Assembly (NCBI GenBank): GCA_903821695.1
Contig: CAIJLX010000051.1
Location: forward strand, 8,300-72,299
Direction: 5' to 3'
Length of the DNA: 64,000 nt
From: an uncultured Alphaproteobacteria bacterium
GTDB lineage: Bacteria; Pseudomonadota; Alphaproteobacteria; Rickettsiales; CAIJLX01
Numbering within the stretch: the first letter of the stretch is position 1; each line of letters begins with the position of its first letter. Under the pieces are notes generated by a model. The model had not been told where the DNA came from and ran no database searches. It saw nothing but the letters and a program-made list of their open reading frames with translations. A program made the position numbers and the translations under genes. Positions 24,667 to 34,938 of this stretch are shown here, piece by piece.

Positions 24667-26967
24667 ATGGCCAAGAAAACCACGAGCACTAAAAAAACAT
24701 CTGTCACCAAAGAAGAAGCTCTCGAATTCCATCGGGAAGGGAAGCCGGGTAAAATTTCCATCGCGCCGCATAAGCCGCTGATGACCCAACGCGACCTCTC
24801 GCTCGCTTATTCGCCAGGTGTGGCGTATCCGTGCCTCGAGATCCAGAAGGATCCGGAAACGTCGTATGAATATACCTCACGCGGCAACATGGTCGCCATT
24901 ATTTCCAACGGTACGGCGGTATTAGGTCTCGGCAATTTAGGTGCACTTGCTTCAAAACCAGTGATGGAAGGCAAAGCTGCCCTGTTCAAACGTTTTGCTG
25001 ATATTGATGGGATCGACCTTGAAGTTGATACTGAAGATGCAGACACCTTCATCAACGTTGTGCGTTATTTGGGCCCAACCTGGGGCGGCATTAACCTCGA
25101 AGATATCAAAGCGCCTGAATGCTTTATCATCGAACAAAAACTCAAAGAATTGATGGATATCCCGGTATTCCATGATGACCAACACGGCACCGCGATTATC
25201 TCGCTCGCCGGGATGATCAACGCGGCGGATATTACGGGCCGTCGCTTTAAAGATATGCGTGTTGTGGTAAATGGTGCGGGCGCTGCAGGCATTGCATGCC
25301 TCGAGTTGCTGAAAGCAATGGGCTTGCCAGATGACCATGCGATTTTATGCGACACTAAAGGTGTTATTTATAAAGGCCGTACCGATGGTATGAACCAATG
25401 GAAATCCGCACATGCTGCTGAAACAAAGGCACGCACATTGGCTGAAGCACTCAAAGGTGCGGATGTATTCCTCGGCCTTTCCGTAAAAGGTGCCGTAACG
25501 CCTGAGATGGTGAAATCCATGGCGAAAAACCCGATCATTTTTGCAATGGCGAACCCAGACCCAGAAATTACACCCGATCAGGTAAAAGAAGTGCGTGATG
25601 ATGCAATCGTTGCAACAGGCCGCTCGGATTATCCGAACCAGGTGAACAACGTAATGGGCTTCCCTTTCATTTTCCGTGGCGCGTTGGATGTTCAGGCCTC
25701 AACCATTAACGATGACATGAAAATTGCGGCAGCAAAAGCGCTCGCGCAATTGGCGCGTGAACATGTGGCAGATGAAGTGGCAGCGGCTTATTCCGGTCGT
25801 AAAATGAAATATGGCCCAGAATATATTATCCCAACCCCGTTTGATCCACGTTTGATCGCAACTGTTTCTCCAGCTGTTGCGCAAGCCGCAATGGATTCTG
25901 GCGTGGCGAAAAAACCAATCAAAAACATGGCGGAATATAAGGCTCAATTGAACGCACGCTTGAACCCAGCTGCGAACACCATGAACCTTATTTTCGAGCG
26001 CGTGCGTGAAAACCCAACCACCATCGTGTTTGCAGAGGGTGAAGAAGAGCAGGCAATCCGCGCCGCAATAAGCTGGCAGGAAAATGAATATGGTAAAGCG
26101 ATCATCGTCGGCCGCCAAAAAACCATCGATAACCAACTCAAGAAAATGGGCATTAAAGACTTGAAGGGTGTAGAAGTCGCAAACTCGGTTAATTCGCCAA
26201 ATGTCAGCCAATATGTTGATCTGGTTTATAAAAAGTTGCAGCGCAAAGGCTATCTACACCGCGACGTCGTGCGCATCGTGAAAAACGATCGTAACACCTT
26301 CGCCGCAGCCATGGTGCTTGCTGGCCATGCTGAGGGTATGGTGACTGGCCTCACCCGTAATTATTATGTAGGCCTCAAGGAAGTATCGCGCTTGATTGAG
26401 CCAGAGAAAAACCGCCTGATCATGGGTTATTCGTTAGTGCTCACCAAAACCGGCAAAACCGTGTTCCTCGCAGATACCACCGTGCATGAACTGCCAACAC
26501 CGGAAGAACTCGCGCAAATCGCCATCCAAACCGCGCACAAAGCCCGCGAATGGGGTTATGAGCCACGCGTGGCATTCCTCTCCTTCTCAAATTTTGGTAA
26601 CCCAATGGGCGAAAAAGCGGAGCGCGTGCGCAAGGCTGTCGAATTGCTCGATACGATGAAAGTAGATTTCGAATATGACGGCGAAATGGCGCCTGATGTG
26701 GCCTTGAACCCAGAATTGCTGAAACTCTATCCATTCAGCCGCCTGACCAAGCCTGCAAACGTTCTGATCATGCCAGCACTCCATACTTCCAGCATCACTT
26801 CCAAAATGCTCAAAGAAGTAGGTGGCAGCACGGTAATTGGCCCAATCCTCTCCGGCTTCGAACACGCCGTACAAATCGTGCCGCTCAATGCGACGGTTTC
26901 AGACATATTGAACTATGCGGCATTGGCCTCAATCAGCGCGATCAAGGACCGTAAGCCTAAAAAATAG
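24667..26967 (+). CDS. maeB: NADP-dependent malic enzyme with C-terminal PTA-like domain
   Basis: [55 protein letters not shown]. Confidence 0.96.
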   Translation: MAKKTTSTKKTSVTKEEALEFHREGKPGKISIAPHKPLMTQRDLSLAYSPGVAYPCLEIQKDPETSYEYTSRGNMVAIISNGTAVLGLGNLGALASKPVMEGKAALFKRFADIDGIDLEVDTEDADTFINVVRYLGPTWGGINLEDIKAPECFIIEQKLKELMDIPVFHDDQHGTAIISLAGMINAADITGRRFKDMRVVVNGAGAAGIACLELLKAMGLPDDHAILCDTKGVIYKGRTDGMNQWKSAHAAETKARTLAEALKGADVFLGLSVKGAVTPEMVKSMAKNPIIFAMANPDPEITPDQVKEVRDDAIVATGRSDYPNQVNNVMGFPFIFRGALDVQASTINDDMKIAAAKALAQLAREHVADEVAAAYSGRKMKYGPEYIIPTPFDPRLIATVSPAVAQAAMDSGVAKKPIKNMAEYKAQLNARLNPAANTMNLIFERVRENPTTIVFAEGEEEQAIRAAISWQENEYGKAIIVGRQKTIDNQLKKMGIKDLKGVEVANSVNSPNVSQYVDLVYKKLQRKGYLHRDVVRIVKNDRNTFAAAMVLAGHAEGMVTGLTRNYYVGLKEVSRLIEPEKNRLIMGYSLVLTKTGKTVFLADTTVHELPTPEELAQIAIQTAHKAREWGYEPRVAFLSFSNFGNPMGEKAERVRKAVELLDTMKVDFEYDGEMAPDVALNPELLKLYPFSRLTKPANVLIMPALHTSSITSKMLKEVGGSTVIGPILSGFEHAVQIVPLNATVSDILNYAALASISAIKDRKPKK

Positions 26968-27022
26968 CCTTAGGTTTAACTGTGGAAGTCAAAAAGTGGC
27001 CTAAATCCTAGTGTTAGATGTC

Positions 27023-27051
27023 TTGAATTATGCCGTCTAGACAGGTATAAT
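27023..27051 (+). promoter_or_regulatory. sigma70-like promoter for the 27087 orphan
   Basis: TTGAAT-N17-TATAAT. Confidence 0.6.
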
Positions 27052-27086
27052 AGACGCCTAACCCTCAGAAGTAAGGATCTTTTTCC

Positions 27087-27386
27087 ATGACAACGCATAG
27101 CGATATTATCACCAGAGCGAGCCAAATCAGCGAAAACCTGTTTGATTTCAAAGTGAAGGGCGAAGTGTTCATTTATCACATGAAAATCCTTAATGCTGTG
27201 TTGTTGCTGCGTCTGCCTAATTTCTCGTTGGGCGTGCCATTCTTTCCTGGCTTAAACGAACTTATCTCCCGTTTATCAGAGGCTTACTTGAATGATCGCC
27301 GTGTCACCAACGTTGATGCGGCCATTAAGCAGGCAAAAACGGACGCGACCAACATCCAAAAAGCAGTTTCAGAAATCCTGGTCTAA
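27087..27386 (+). CDS. Hypothetical protein (99 aa)
   Basis: AAGGA RBS and consensus-like promoter upstream; no family recognised. Confidence 0.6.
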   Translation: MTTHSDIITRASQISENLFDFKVKGEVFIYHMKILNAVLLLRLPNFSLGVPFFPGLNELISRLSEAYLNDRRVTNVDAAIKQAKTDATNIQKAVSEILV

Positions 27387-27400
27387 TCCATAAACGACCG

Positions 27401-27429
27401 TTGACTTCACTCTTTTTTGCTACTATAAG
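27401..27429 (+). promoter_or_regulatory. sigma70-like rpsT promoter
   Basis: TTGACT-N17-TATAAG. Confidence 0.6.
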
Positions 27430-27458
27430 GCGTCCTCTAATTTCAAAAAGGGTGAATC

Positions 27459-27725
27459 ATGGCAAACGTAAAAGCCTCTAAAAAAGCCGTCCGTCAGACA
27501 ATCGTTCGTACTGAGCGTAACCGCGCGCGCAAAAGCCGCGTACGCACGTTCTTGAAGAAAGTGGACGATGCAATCCTCGCCGGCAAAAAGGCTGACGCAA
27601 TGGCGGCATTACGCGAAGCTGAATCCCAATACATGAAAGTGGTGAGCACCGGCGTCCTCAAAAGAGAAACCGCCAGCCGCAAAATCAGCCGCCTCTCCGC
27701 AAAAATCAAAGCGCTCGCTGCTTAA
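27459..27725 (+). CDS. rpsT: 30S ribosomal protein S20
   Basis: MANVKASKKAVRQ...RNRARKSRVRTFLKKV...ASRKISRL. Confidence 0.96.
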   Translation: MANVKASKKAVRQTIVRTERNRARKSRVRTFLKKVDDAILAGKKADAMAALREAESQYMKVVSTGVLKRETASRKISRLSAKIKALAA

Positions 27726-28600
27726 TTACCTTTGCCGATATGTTGCGCGGCTTCCTTAAGCGCAACACGCATTTCCTTTGGGTAATCGGTAATAATTGTA
27801 ATCTCATCTTCCACAATGCGCCTAATATCAGGTGCAATCTTATGGCTCTGCCAGTTTGGAAGCTTTTCTTTATAAGTCCACGCCACCGGTTGGTATCCTG
27901 CTTTACGGATTTTTTCTGCAATCTTGTGCGTTGAGTAATATTCAATAGGCAGATTGATTGTGCCAGCACCTATTTTTTCCATTTCCTTGAAGGCACGGTC
28001 TAATAAGCCATACACTTTACGATAGCCCAGTCGTTCGCCCAAATTTTGGGTATAAAGCGCGCCGATTTCAATGCTTGGCAATTGCTCGCGAATAATATGC
28101 AAGCGATCTAATTTAAAACCGGAAATATGGAAATTTTTCTCGCTCCATTTCCCGCTCGCCAACCGCCGTTTGACTTCTTCGGCTACCGCATGCGGCGCTT
28201 CCTTACCTTTGATTTCGATATTCACCTTAAAATGGCGGCCATCCTGCGCGCCACAATAAGTGCTAAGATGCGGCTCAATCTTATCCAATACCTCCGTTAA
28301 TGTGGGGATAATCGGATCGTGATGCGAAACAGCCTTCTCTGTTTTATTAAAAACATTCAATTGGCGAAGATCTTCAAATTTAGTATGGCGTACTCGGCCC
28401 TTTCCCTCTGTCCAATCATTTAAATCGCGATCGTGGAACACAACGGCAACATCATCCGCCGTTAGCCTTACATCAAACTCCACTCCATCGACTTCTTGGC
28501 GAATGGCTTCACGTAGTGCTGGTATGGTGTTTTCCGGCGGGTTGCCCCGTGTACCGCGGCAGAAACGATGACCCCAAATATTAAATTTAGAATCCGACAA
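27722..28600 (-). CDS. Glycerophosphodiester phosphodiesterase family protein
   Basis: GHR, PENT, VEFDVRLTAD...VFHD, NIEIK, AWT, IITDYP. Confidence 0.88.
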   Translation of the reverse strand: MSDSKFNIWGHRFCRGTRGNPPENTIPALREAIRQEVDGVEFDVRLTADDVAVVFHDRDLNDWTEGKGRVRHTKFEDLRQLNVFNKTEKAVSHHDPIIPTLTEVLDKIEPHLSTYCGAQDGRHFKVNIEIKGKEAPHAVAEEVKRRLASGKWSEKNFHISGFKLDRLHIIREQLPSIEIGALYTQNLGERLGYRKVYGLLDRAFKEMEKIGAGTINLPIEYYSTHKIAEKIRKAGYQPVAWTYKEKLPNWQSHKIAPDIRRIVEDEITIITDYPKEMRVALKEAAQHIGKGN

Positions 28601-28775
28601 GATTCCTCACTGTCCTAAACGCACCGCTCACACCATCATAAATGTCGGCACCTGCTTCGTTGGCAGTATGGCTTACCTCATTGCTGGCTGTAGAAGCCGC
28701 GTTATTCCAGTTCACTGCCATCAAAAATTGATAGAGGAAAAAAGCAACCACCGCAAAGAACAGAAACTTCAACAT
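28587..28775 (-). CDS. Small membrane-anchored hypothetical protein, probably leaderless
   Basis: Hydrophobic N-terminus; extended -10 TGGTATAAT ends 6 nt before the ATG. Confidence 0.55.
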   Translation of the reverse strand: MLKFLFFAVVAFFLYQFLMAVNWNNAASTASNEVSHTANEAGADIYDGVSGAFRTVRNLVGF

Positions 28776-28840
28776 GGGGTGATTATACCAAATTATTTGG
28801 GGGAGCGCCAGCGAAGGGGACGCTTGGCAAAACCCAATAA

Positions 28841-30238
28841 TTACATATGAATCACGCGACCGTATGCATCCAATACCGACTCATGCATTGCTTCCGAGAT
28901 AGTCGGATGCGGGAAGATGGTGTGCATGAAATCTGCTTCGGTGGCTTCCATCGTTTTGCCGATGACGTAACCTTGAATCATTTCGGTCACTTCCGCACCA
29001 AGCAAATGTGCGCCTAACAGCTCGCCGGTTTTCTCATCGAAAATGGTTTTAACAATGCCGTCTGGCTCACCCAGCGCAATCGCCTTGCCATTGCCGATAA
29101 AGCTGAAGCGGCCGACTTTTACTTTATAGCCCTTTTCTTTTGCGGCTTTCTCGGTAAGGCCGACGCTTGCAACTTGTGGGTGCGAATAGGTACAGCCTGG
29201 GATGTTAAGCTTCTTCATTGGGTGCACATCTTTGACGCCTGCGATTTTTTCGACACAGATCACGCCTTCATGGCTCGCTTTATGCGCCAACCATGGGGCA
29301 CCCGTAATGTCGCCAATTGCGTAGATACCTTTCTCCGCTGTTTCGCACCATTCATTGACCACGACATGGCCTTTTTCTGTTTTGACTTTGGTGGTCTCTA
29401 AGCCGAGATTTTCGGTATTTGGCGAAATGCCGACCGCCATGATGACGCGATCAAAAGTTTGGTCCGTTGCTTTGCCGCCTTGCTCGATGGTCGCGGTGAC
29501 ATTGTTTTTGCCTTTTTTGAGCGCTTTGGTGACTGCCCCGGTCAAAATTTTGATACCGTGTTTTTCGAATTGCTTCTGTGCGAGTTTGGAAATTTCTTCA
29601 TCTTCCACGGGCAGCACGCGGTCTTGCACTTCCACCACCGTCACTTCTGCGCCGAGTGCATTATAAAAGCTCGCAAACTCAATCCCGATTGCGCCCGAAC
29701 CCACCACGAGCAATGTTTTCGGCATCACATCCGGCACCATCGCTTCCTTATAGGTCCACACCAACTTCCCATCCGGCTCCAGGCCCGGCAATTGACGTGC
29801 ACGTGCACCAGTCGCGAGGATGATGTGTTTGGCAACGATATCCGCCACTAGTTTGCCATCTTTCTCGACTTTAATTTTGCCAGCGCCATTTAATTTGCCT
29901 TGGCCATCAAACACGGTGACTTTATTTTTCTTCATCAGGCCTTTGATACCGCCCGAAAGCTGACCCGCCACTTTACGCGAACGCTCCACCACTTTCGCCA
30001 AATCAAAACTGATTTTTTCCGCCTTCAACCCAAACATTTCTGCATGTTTCATGTTGGTATAAATTTCGGCCGTACGCAACAGCGCCTTGGTCGGAATGCA
30101 TCCCCAATTCAAGCAAATGCCACCCAAATGCTCGCGCTCAATAATCGCCGTTTTCATCCCCAACTGCGCCGCCCGAATCGCCGCCACATACCCACCAGGC
30201 CCCGCGCCAATAATTACGATATCAAATTGTTCTGTCAT
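28841..30238 (-). CDS. lpdA: Dihydrolipoyl dehydrogenase (E3)
   Basis: GAGPGGYVAAIRAAQLG, GGICLNWGCIPTK, HPTISE; start at ATG 30238. Confidence 0.97.
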   Translation of the reverse strand: MTEQFDIVIIGAGPGGYVAAIRAAQLGMKTAIIEREHLGGICLNWGCIPTKALLRTAEIYTNMKHAEMFGLKAEKISFDLAKVVERSRKVAGQLSGGIKGLMKKNKVTVFDGQGKLNGAGKIKVEKDGKLVADIVAKHIILATGARARQLPGLEPDGKLVWTYKEAMVPDVMPKTLLVVGSGAIGIEFASFYNALGAEVTVVEVQDRVLPVEDEEISKLAQKQFEKHGIKILTGAVTKALKKGKNNVTATIEQGGKATDQTFDRVIMAVGISPNTENLGLETTKVKTEKGHVVVNEWCETAEKGIYAIGDITGAPWLAHKASHEGVICVEKIAGVKDVHPMKKLNIPGCTYSHPQVASVGLTEKAAKEKGYKVKVGRFSFIGNGKAIALGEPDGIVKTIFDEKTGELLGAHLLGAEVTEMIQGYVIGKTMEATEADFMHTIFPHPTISEAMHESVLDAYGRVIHM

Positions 30239-30290
30239 ATGAGTTCCTTTTGTTGGGGCGAATATGGTGATTTGGAAATGTTTCGTCAAG

Positions 30291-30881
30291 TTATCCGGTA
30301 ACTAGTGGACCCACACCAGGGCGATGAACAGCTGCAACTTCTGCCAGTCCCTTTTTTTGATGAATGGGGGAAGAAAGGATGTACATTCTGGGATTCAATT
30401 CTCCCAGTAATTTATCTTTTGATGCGTCTCTTTCTGCGCTCTCGAATTGGCCAAAGAAAGGCCTAAGTTCATCATGGCGGCTTGTATTAAAACGCCCTGC
30501 AAGTAATGCAGAACCTTCGGGCTTCAGTATCTCCGCAATACCCCTTGGATACGTTTCTTCCGAAATTATATTTTGATAAGCAAATATCGTTGCAAAATCA
30601 AATGTGTGTATTTGATCGCGCGGCATGTTTTCAACACCCCTGCGATGGCCTGTTATTCTCGCTGTTTCCAACTCGAAATCCGAAATTTTAAGCCGTGGAT
30701 CTACCACATGTACTTCCTTAGCACCCATTTCATAGGCAACTACTGCTAAGGGAATGGTAATCATTCCATCATAGCCACCAATATCTATCACTTTCTTTCC
30801 ATTAAGATCGATATTATTGGCTTGGAATACACTTTTTATATCTTGCACCAAAATCTCTTCGTGGGATTCCAGCTCTCGCAT
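30291..30881 (-). CDS. Class I SAM-dependent methyltransferase-like orphan
   Basis: Motif I VIDIGGYDG, VHVVDP, TFDFATIF, LKPEG; AT-rich insert inside the PDH operon. Confidence 0.65.
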   Translation of the reverse strand: MRELESHEEILVQDIKSVFQANNIDLNGKKVIDIGGYDGMITIPLAVVAYEMGAKEVHVVDPRLKISDFELETARITGHRRGVENMPRDQIHTFDFATIFAYQNIISEETYPRGIAEILKPEGSALLAGRFNTSRHDELRPFFGQFESAERDASKDKLLGELNPRMYILSSPIHQKKGLAEVAAVHRPGVGPLVTG

Positions 30882-30884
30882 TCA

Positions 30885-32138
30885 CTACACCATCATCATG
30901 ATTGGGTCTTCGATATAGCGCTTGAAGGCCGCCAAGAATTCAGCACCCACTGCGCCATCCACACTGCGGTGATCCACCGAGAGGGTGACATTCATGATGG
31001 TGGCGATTTCGATTTTACCGCCTTTGACTACGGGGCGTTCTTCGGAGCTACCGACTGCTAGGATGCAGCTTTGTGGTGGGTTCACGATGGCGCTGAAGCT
31101 TTTCACGCCATACATACCTAGGTTTGAAATCGAGAAGCCGCCGCCCTGGAATTCTTCTGGTTTCAACGTGCCTTTGCGCGCGCGGCCAGCGAGATCTTTT
31201 ACTTCGCCAGAAATTGCCGCGAGCGATTTTTGATCTGCATTTTTTACGATTGGGGTGATCAAGCCGCCATCGATTGCAACGGCGACTGAAATATCGATAT
31301 TGTTATATTGCAAAATCGCTACGTCGGTCCAGGTTGCGTTGGCGGCTGGCACGGTTTTCAAAGCTTGCGCGGTTGCTTTGATGACCATATCGTTCACGGA
31401 AATTTTGTAGGCCGGTTTGCCTTCTTTATCTTTCGGTGCAGCATCGTTAATGCGTTCGCGAGCGGCGAGCAGATTGTTGATATCGCAATCGACTGACAAA
31501 TAGAAGTGCGGCACTGTTTGCTTGGATTCCAGCAAACGTTTTGCGATCACTTTACGCATCATGCCATTTGGAATTTCCGTAGTTTCAACTGGGTTGCGGC
31601 CATAGGAAACGGCAGCAGCGGTGCGACCACCAGCAGCCGGTGAAGATTTCGCTTCTTCCACATCCGCTCTGATAATACGGCCATGCGGGCCGGTGCCTTG
31701 AATGCCGGAAAGGTTTACACCTTTTTGTTCGGCAATGCGTTTAGCAAGTGGGCTTGCTTTTGCGGTGCCGGATGCAGCAACAGGTGCTGGTGCAGGAGCG
31801 GCGGCAGGTGCAGCTGTTGTTGGCACAGGTGCTGCGGCTGCCTTGTTTTCATTCGCGCTACTGGCTTTGAAATTTTCCAATGCTTTTTTGTCTTCGCCTT
31901 CTTCAAGCAATACGGCGATGAGCGCGTTTACTTTGACGGATTCGGTGCCGGCAGGGACGATGATTTTGCCCATGATGCCACCATCGACAGCTTCGACTTC
32001 CATCGTCGCTTTATCGGTTTCGATTTCGGCAATCACATCGCCTGGCTTAATTTTATCGCCTTCTTTTTTGGTCCATTTAGCAAGATTGCCTTCGGTCATG
32101 GTAGGGGAAAGCGCGGGCATTAAAATTTCGATCGGCAT
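30885..32138 (-). CDS. pdhC: Pyruvate dehydrogenase E2 (dihydrolipoamide acetyltransferase)
   Basis: [39 protein letters not shown]. Confidence 0.96.
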   Translation of the reverse strand: MPIEILMPALSPTMTEGNLAKWTKKEGDKIKPGDVIAEIETDKATMEVEAVDGGIMGKIIVPAGTESVKVNALIAVLLEEGEDKKALENFKASSANENKAAAAPVPTTAAPAAAPAPAPVAASGTAKASPLAKRIAEQKGVNLSGIQGTGPHGRIIRADVEEAKSSPAAGGRTAAAVSYGRNPVETTEIPNGMMRKVIAKRLLESKQTVPHFYLSVDCDINNLLAARERINDAAPKDKEGKPAYKISVNDMVIKATAQALKTVPAANATWTDVAILQYNNIDISVAVAIDGGLITPIVKNADQKSLAAISGEVKDLAGRARKGTLKPEEFQGGGFSISNLGMYGVKSFSAIVNPPQSCILAVGSSEERPVVKGGKIEIATIMNVTLSVDHRSVDGAVGAEFLAAFKRYIEDPIMMMV

Positions 32139-32148
32139 AGTGAAATCC

Positions 32149-32265
32149 TTATCTTGCAGTTCTTTCGATGGAGTTTCCTAAATGCTGCAAATCTTGGCCG
32201 AAACCAGCGAAGGTGTTGCAGGCAGAAAGGGAAAGTATAGTGAGGGTGAGTAATAATATACGCAT
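32149..32265 (-). CDS. Entericidin EcnA/B family lipoprotein (38 aa, not in the ORF track)
   Basis: Manual translation [38 protein letters not shown]: lipobox LSAC and the CNT..G.G.D....G..I entericidin pattern; AGGA RBS. Confidence 0.85.
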   Translation of the reverse strand: MRILLLTLTILSLSACNTFAGFGQDLQHLGNSIERTAR

Positions 32266-32268
32266 AAA

Positions 32269-32385
32269 TTATCTTCCTGTATTGGCCATGGTTTTGTCAC
32301 CGGTGCAGCCTGGTTTTGGGTGCGGATAAGGGCCCCAACAGCCCATCAACGCCAACACGCCCAAGATTGCAACCGCACGCTTCAT
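32269..32385 (-). CDS. Putative small lipoprotein (38 aa, not in the ORF track)
   Basis: MKRAVAILGVLALMG-CWGPYPHPKPGCTGDKTMANTGR; lipobox LMGC; ATG directly abuts the pdhB stop. Confidence 0.55.
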   Translation of the reverse strand: MKRAVAILGVLALMGCWGPYPHPKPGCTGDKTMANTGR

Positions 32386-33378
32386 CTATTTAGAGCGATA
32401 GCACACCTTGCGTGCCGCTTCCAAAATATTTTCAACCTGCGGCAACGCCAATTTTTCAAGGTTCGCCGCATAAGGCAATGGCACATCGACACCCGCCACG
32501 CGCACAACCGGCGCATCGAGATAATCAAATGCCTCTTCCATCACGAGTGCCGCCAGTTCCGAACCAATGCCTGCAAAAGGCCAGCCTTCTTCCACAGAAA
32601 CCACACGACTCGTTTTTTTAACAGATTCAATAACTGTTGCCGTATCAAGCGGGCGGATCGTACGCAAATCAATCACCTCCGCGCTAATGCCTTCGCCAGC
32701 CAAAATTTCAGCCGCCTCTAGCGCATGTTTCACCGGCAGCGAGAATGCAACGATGGTGACATCCGTCCCCTCGCGTAGTACTTCTGCTTTGCCAATTTCG
32801 AGTACGTAATCATCATTAATATTATCCGGCACATCATAGCTGTTGCCGTAAAGCATTTCGTTCTCGAGGAAGATCACTGGATTCGGATCACGTATCGCCG
32901 CTTTGAGCAAACCCTTCGCCGAAGCCGCATCGTACGGCGCAATTACTTTCAAACCAGGCACATGTGCATACCAGCTCGCGTAACATTGCGAGTGCTGTGC
33001 ACCTACGCGCGAAGCCGCACCATTGGGACCACGGAACACGATCGGGCAACGCACCTGACCGCCGCTCATATAGTTGGTTTTCGCCGCAGAGTTGATGATT
33101 TGATCCATCGCCTGCATCGCAAAGTTAAACGTCATGAATTCCACAATCGGCTTCAGCCCCGTCATCGCCGCACCAACAGCAAGCCCTGCAAAACCATGTT
33201 CCGTAATCGGCGTATCAATCACTCGTTTCGCGCCAAATTCCGCGAGCAACCCTTCGGTAATTTTATATGCACCCTGATATTCTGCGACTTCTTCGCCCAT
33301 CACGAACACATCTTTATCGAGGCGCATTTCTTCCGCCATTGCATCACGAAGCGCTACGCGTACTGTTTGTTTTGCCAT
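32386..33378 (-). CDS. pdhB: Pyruvate dehydrogenase E1 beta (no lipoyl domain)
   Basis: [38 protein letters not shown]. Confidence 0.96.
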   Translation of the reverse strand: MAKQTVRVALRDAMAEEMRLDKDVFVMGEEVAEYQGAYKITEGLLAEFGAKRVIDTPITEHGFAGLAVGAAMTGLKPIVEFMTFNFAMQAMDQIINSAAKTNYMSGGQVRCPIVFRGPNGAASRVGAQHSQCYASWYAHVPGLKVIAPYDAASAKGLLKAAIRDPNPVIFLENEMLYGNSYDVPDNINDDYVLEIGKAEVLREGTDVTIVAFSLPVKHALEAAEILAGEGISAEVIDLRTIRPLDTATVIESVKKTSRVVSVEEGWPFAGIGSELAALVMEEAFDYLDAPVVRVAGVDVPLPYAANLEKLALPQVENILEAARKVCYRSK

Positions 33379-33387
33379 ATTGATTTC

Positions 33388-34404
33388 CTATACGTTGTAA
33401 ACGTCTGTCCAGAGTTCTGAAGCATCTGGCTCTGGGCTGTTCTTCGAGAATTCGGCGGCTTCGTTGACGATATCTTTGATTTCTTTTTCGATCTTCTCGA
33501 AATCAGCTTCTTTCGCCTGTTTATCCGCGATCATGCGGGCTTTCAATTTTTCGATTGGGTCGCGGTTTTCTTTGTAATCTTGTACTTCTTCCTTCGTACG
33601 ATATTTCGCAGGGTCAGACATGGAATGGCCGCGGTAACGATAGGTTTTCATCTCAAGGATGATCGGCCCTTTGCCGCTGCGGCAATGTTCGACTGCTTTC
33701 ACACCAGCCTCATACACATCGGTCACGCTCATGCCATTTACCTGCACGCCCGGAATACCAAACGATGCGCCACGCTGATAAAGTTCCGTCGTTGAAGAAC
33801 TACGTTTCACCGAAGTACCCATCGCGTATTCGTTATTTTCGATGATATAAATGCATGGCAGTTTCCATAATTTCGCCATGTTGAAACTTTCATATACCTG
33901 ACCTTGGTTCGCCGAACCATCGCCGAAATAGGTGAGGCTCACGCGATCTGTACCGCGATATTGATTAGCGAATGCGAGGCCAGTGCCGAGCGAGACTTGC
34001 GCGCCAACGATGCCGTGACCACCATAGAAATGGTTGGCGGTATCAAACATATGCATCGAGCCGCCTTTGCCCTTTGAACAGCCATCAATGCGGCCAAGCA
34101 ACTCAGCAAAAATAATTTTTGGATCGGAACCTTGGGCAAGCATCAAGCCGTGGTCGCGGTAGCTGGTGATAACGGAATCACCTTTGCCGATTGCGTGCTG
34201 CATGCCGATAGCGACTGCTTCTTGCCCGATATATAAATGGCAGAAACCACCGATCAAACCCATGCCGTATAACTGGCCGGCTTTTTCTTCAAAACGGCGG
34301 ATTAATAACATCTCGCGGAAGCATTTTAACAGCTCCGTTGCGGAAAGACCTTGAGGGGTCGCGGAAGGTGCAATCGTCTTTTTCTTCATAACAGCCTGGT
34401 TCAT
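33388..34404 (-). CDS. pdhA: Pyruvate dehydrogenase E1 alpha
   Basis: GFCHLYIGQEA, YRDHG, GKGGSMH, FGDGS.NQGQ, YRYRGHSMSDP. Confidence 0.97.
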   Translation of the reverse strand: MNQAVMKKKTIAPSATPQGLSATELLKCFREMLLIRRFEEKAGQLYGMGLIGGFCHLYIGQEAVAIGMQHAIGKGDSVITSYRDHGLMLAQGSDPKIIFAELLGRIDGCSKGKGGSMHMFDTANHFYGGHGIVGAQVSLGTGLAFANQYRGTDRVSLTYFGDGSANQGQVYESFNMAKLWKLPCIYIIENNEYAMGTSVKRSSSTTELYQRGASFGIPGVQVNGMSVTDVYEAGVKAVEHCRSGKGPIILEMKTYRYRGHSMSDPAKYRTKEEVQDYKENRDPIEKLKARMIADKQAKEADFEKIEKEIKDIVNEAAEFSKNSPEPDASELWTDVYNV

Positions 34405-34458
34405 GATTTAGAGGCTCCCAATATAGCCAAAACTTGGCGCGGAACCTAATAATAACCA

Positions 34459-34496
34459 TGCTGCAATGCAACCAAAATCCATGTTGCAGTGCAACA
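34459..34496. promoter_or_regulatory. Two putative PhaR-like operators upstream of pdhA
   Basis: TGCTGCAATGCA (34459-34470) and the perfect palindrome TGTTGCA-G-TGCAACA (34482-34496). Confidence 0.5.
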
Positions 34497-34505
34497 GAGC
34501 ATACT

Positions 34506-34907
34506 TTACTTTTTGCTCTCTAAATAGGCCCGGATAACCGCCCGAATACGTTTAGTATTGAAGGGTTTTACGACATAATCGGCCGCGCCAAGGCTTAGCG
34601 CTTGTTTTATATCTGCCTCAACCCGGCTTGCTGTTACCATCACCACCCAGCAATTAGGGTCTTGCTCTTTGAAATTTTTGAGCAGCGCAAAACCATCCCC
34701 ATCCGGCAGGCCAATATCGACCAATGCAATTTGTGGCCTGGAGGTTTTAAAAGCCATTAAACCCTCTTTTTGGCTGCCTGCCATGTATCGCTCTATTTTA
34801 TAATCACGTATGCCTTTTAAAGCCTCGCTTACAATAGCACGCGCGAAAGGATCATCTTCCACGATTAGGATGCTCATTTTCTGTTTACTGCTGATTTCTG
34901 GTTTCAT
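34506..34907 (-). CDS. Single-domain response regulator (receiver)
   Basis: ILIVEDD, LVDIGLPDGDG (phospho-Asp), MVTA, DYVVKPF. Confidence 0.9.
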   Translation of the reverse strand: MKPEISSKQKMSILIVEDDPFARAIVSEALKGIRDYKIERYMAGSQKEGLMAFKTSRPQIALVDIGLPDGDGFALLKNFKEQDPNCWVVMVTASRVEADIKQALSLGAADYVVKPFNTKRIRAVIRAYLESKK

Positions 34908-34938
34908 TGGCTAAAGATTTAGCGAAAAAAACCTGAAA

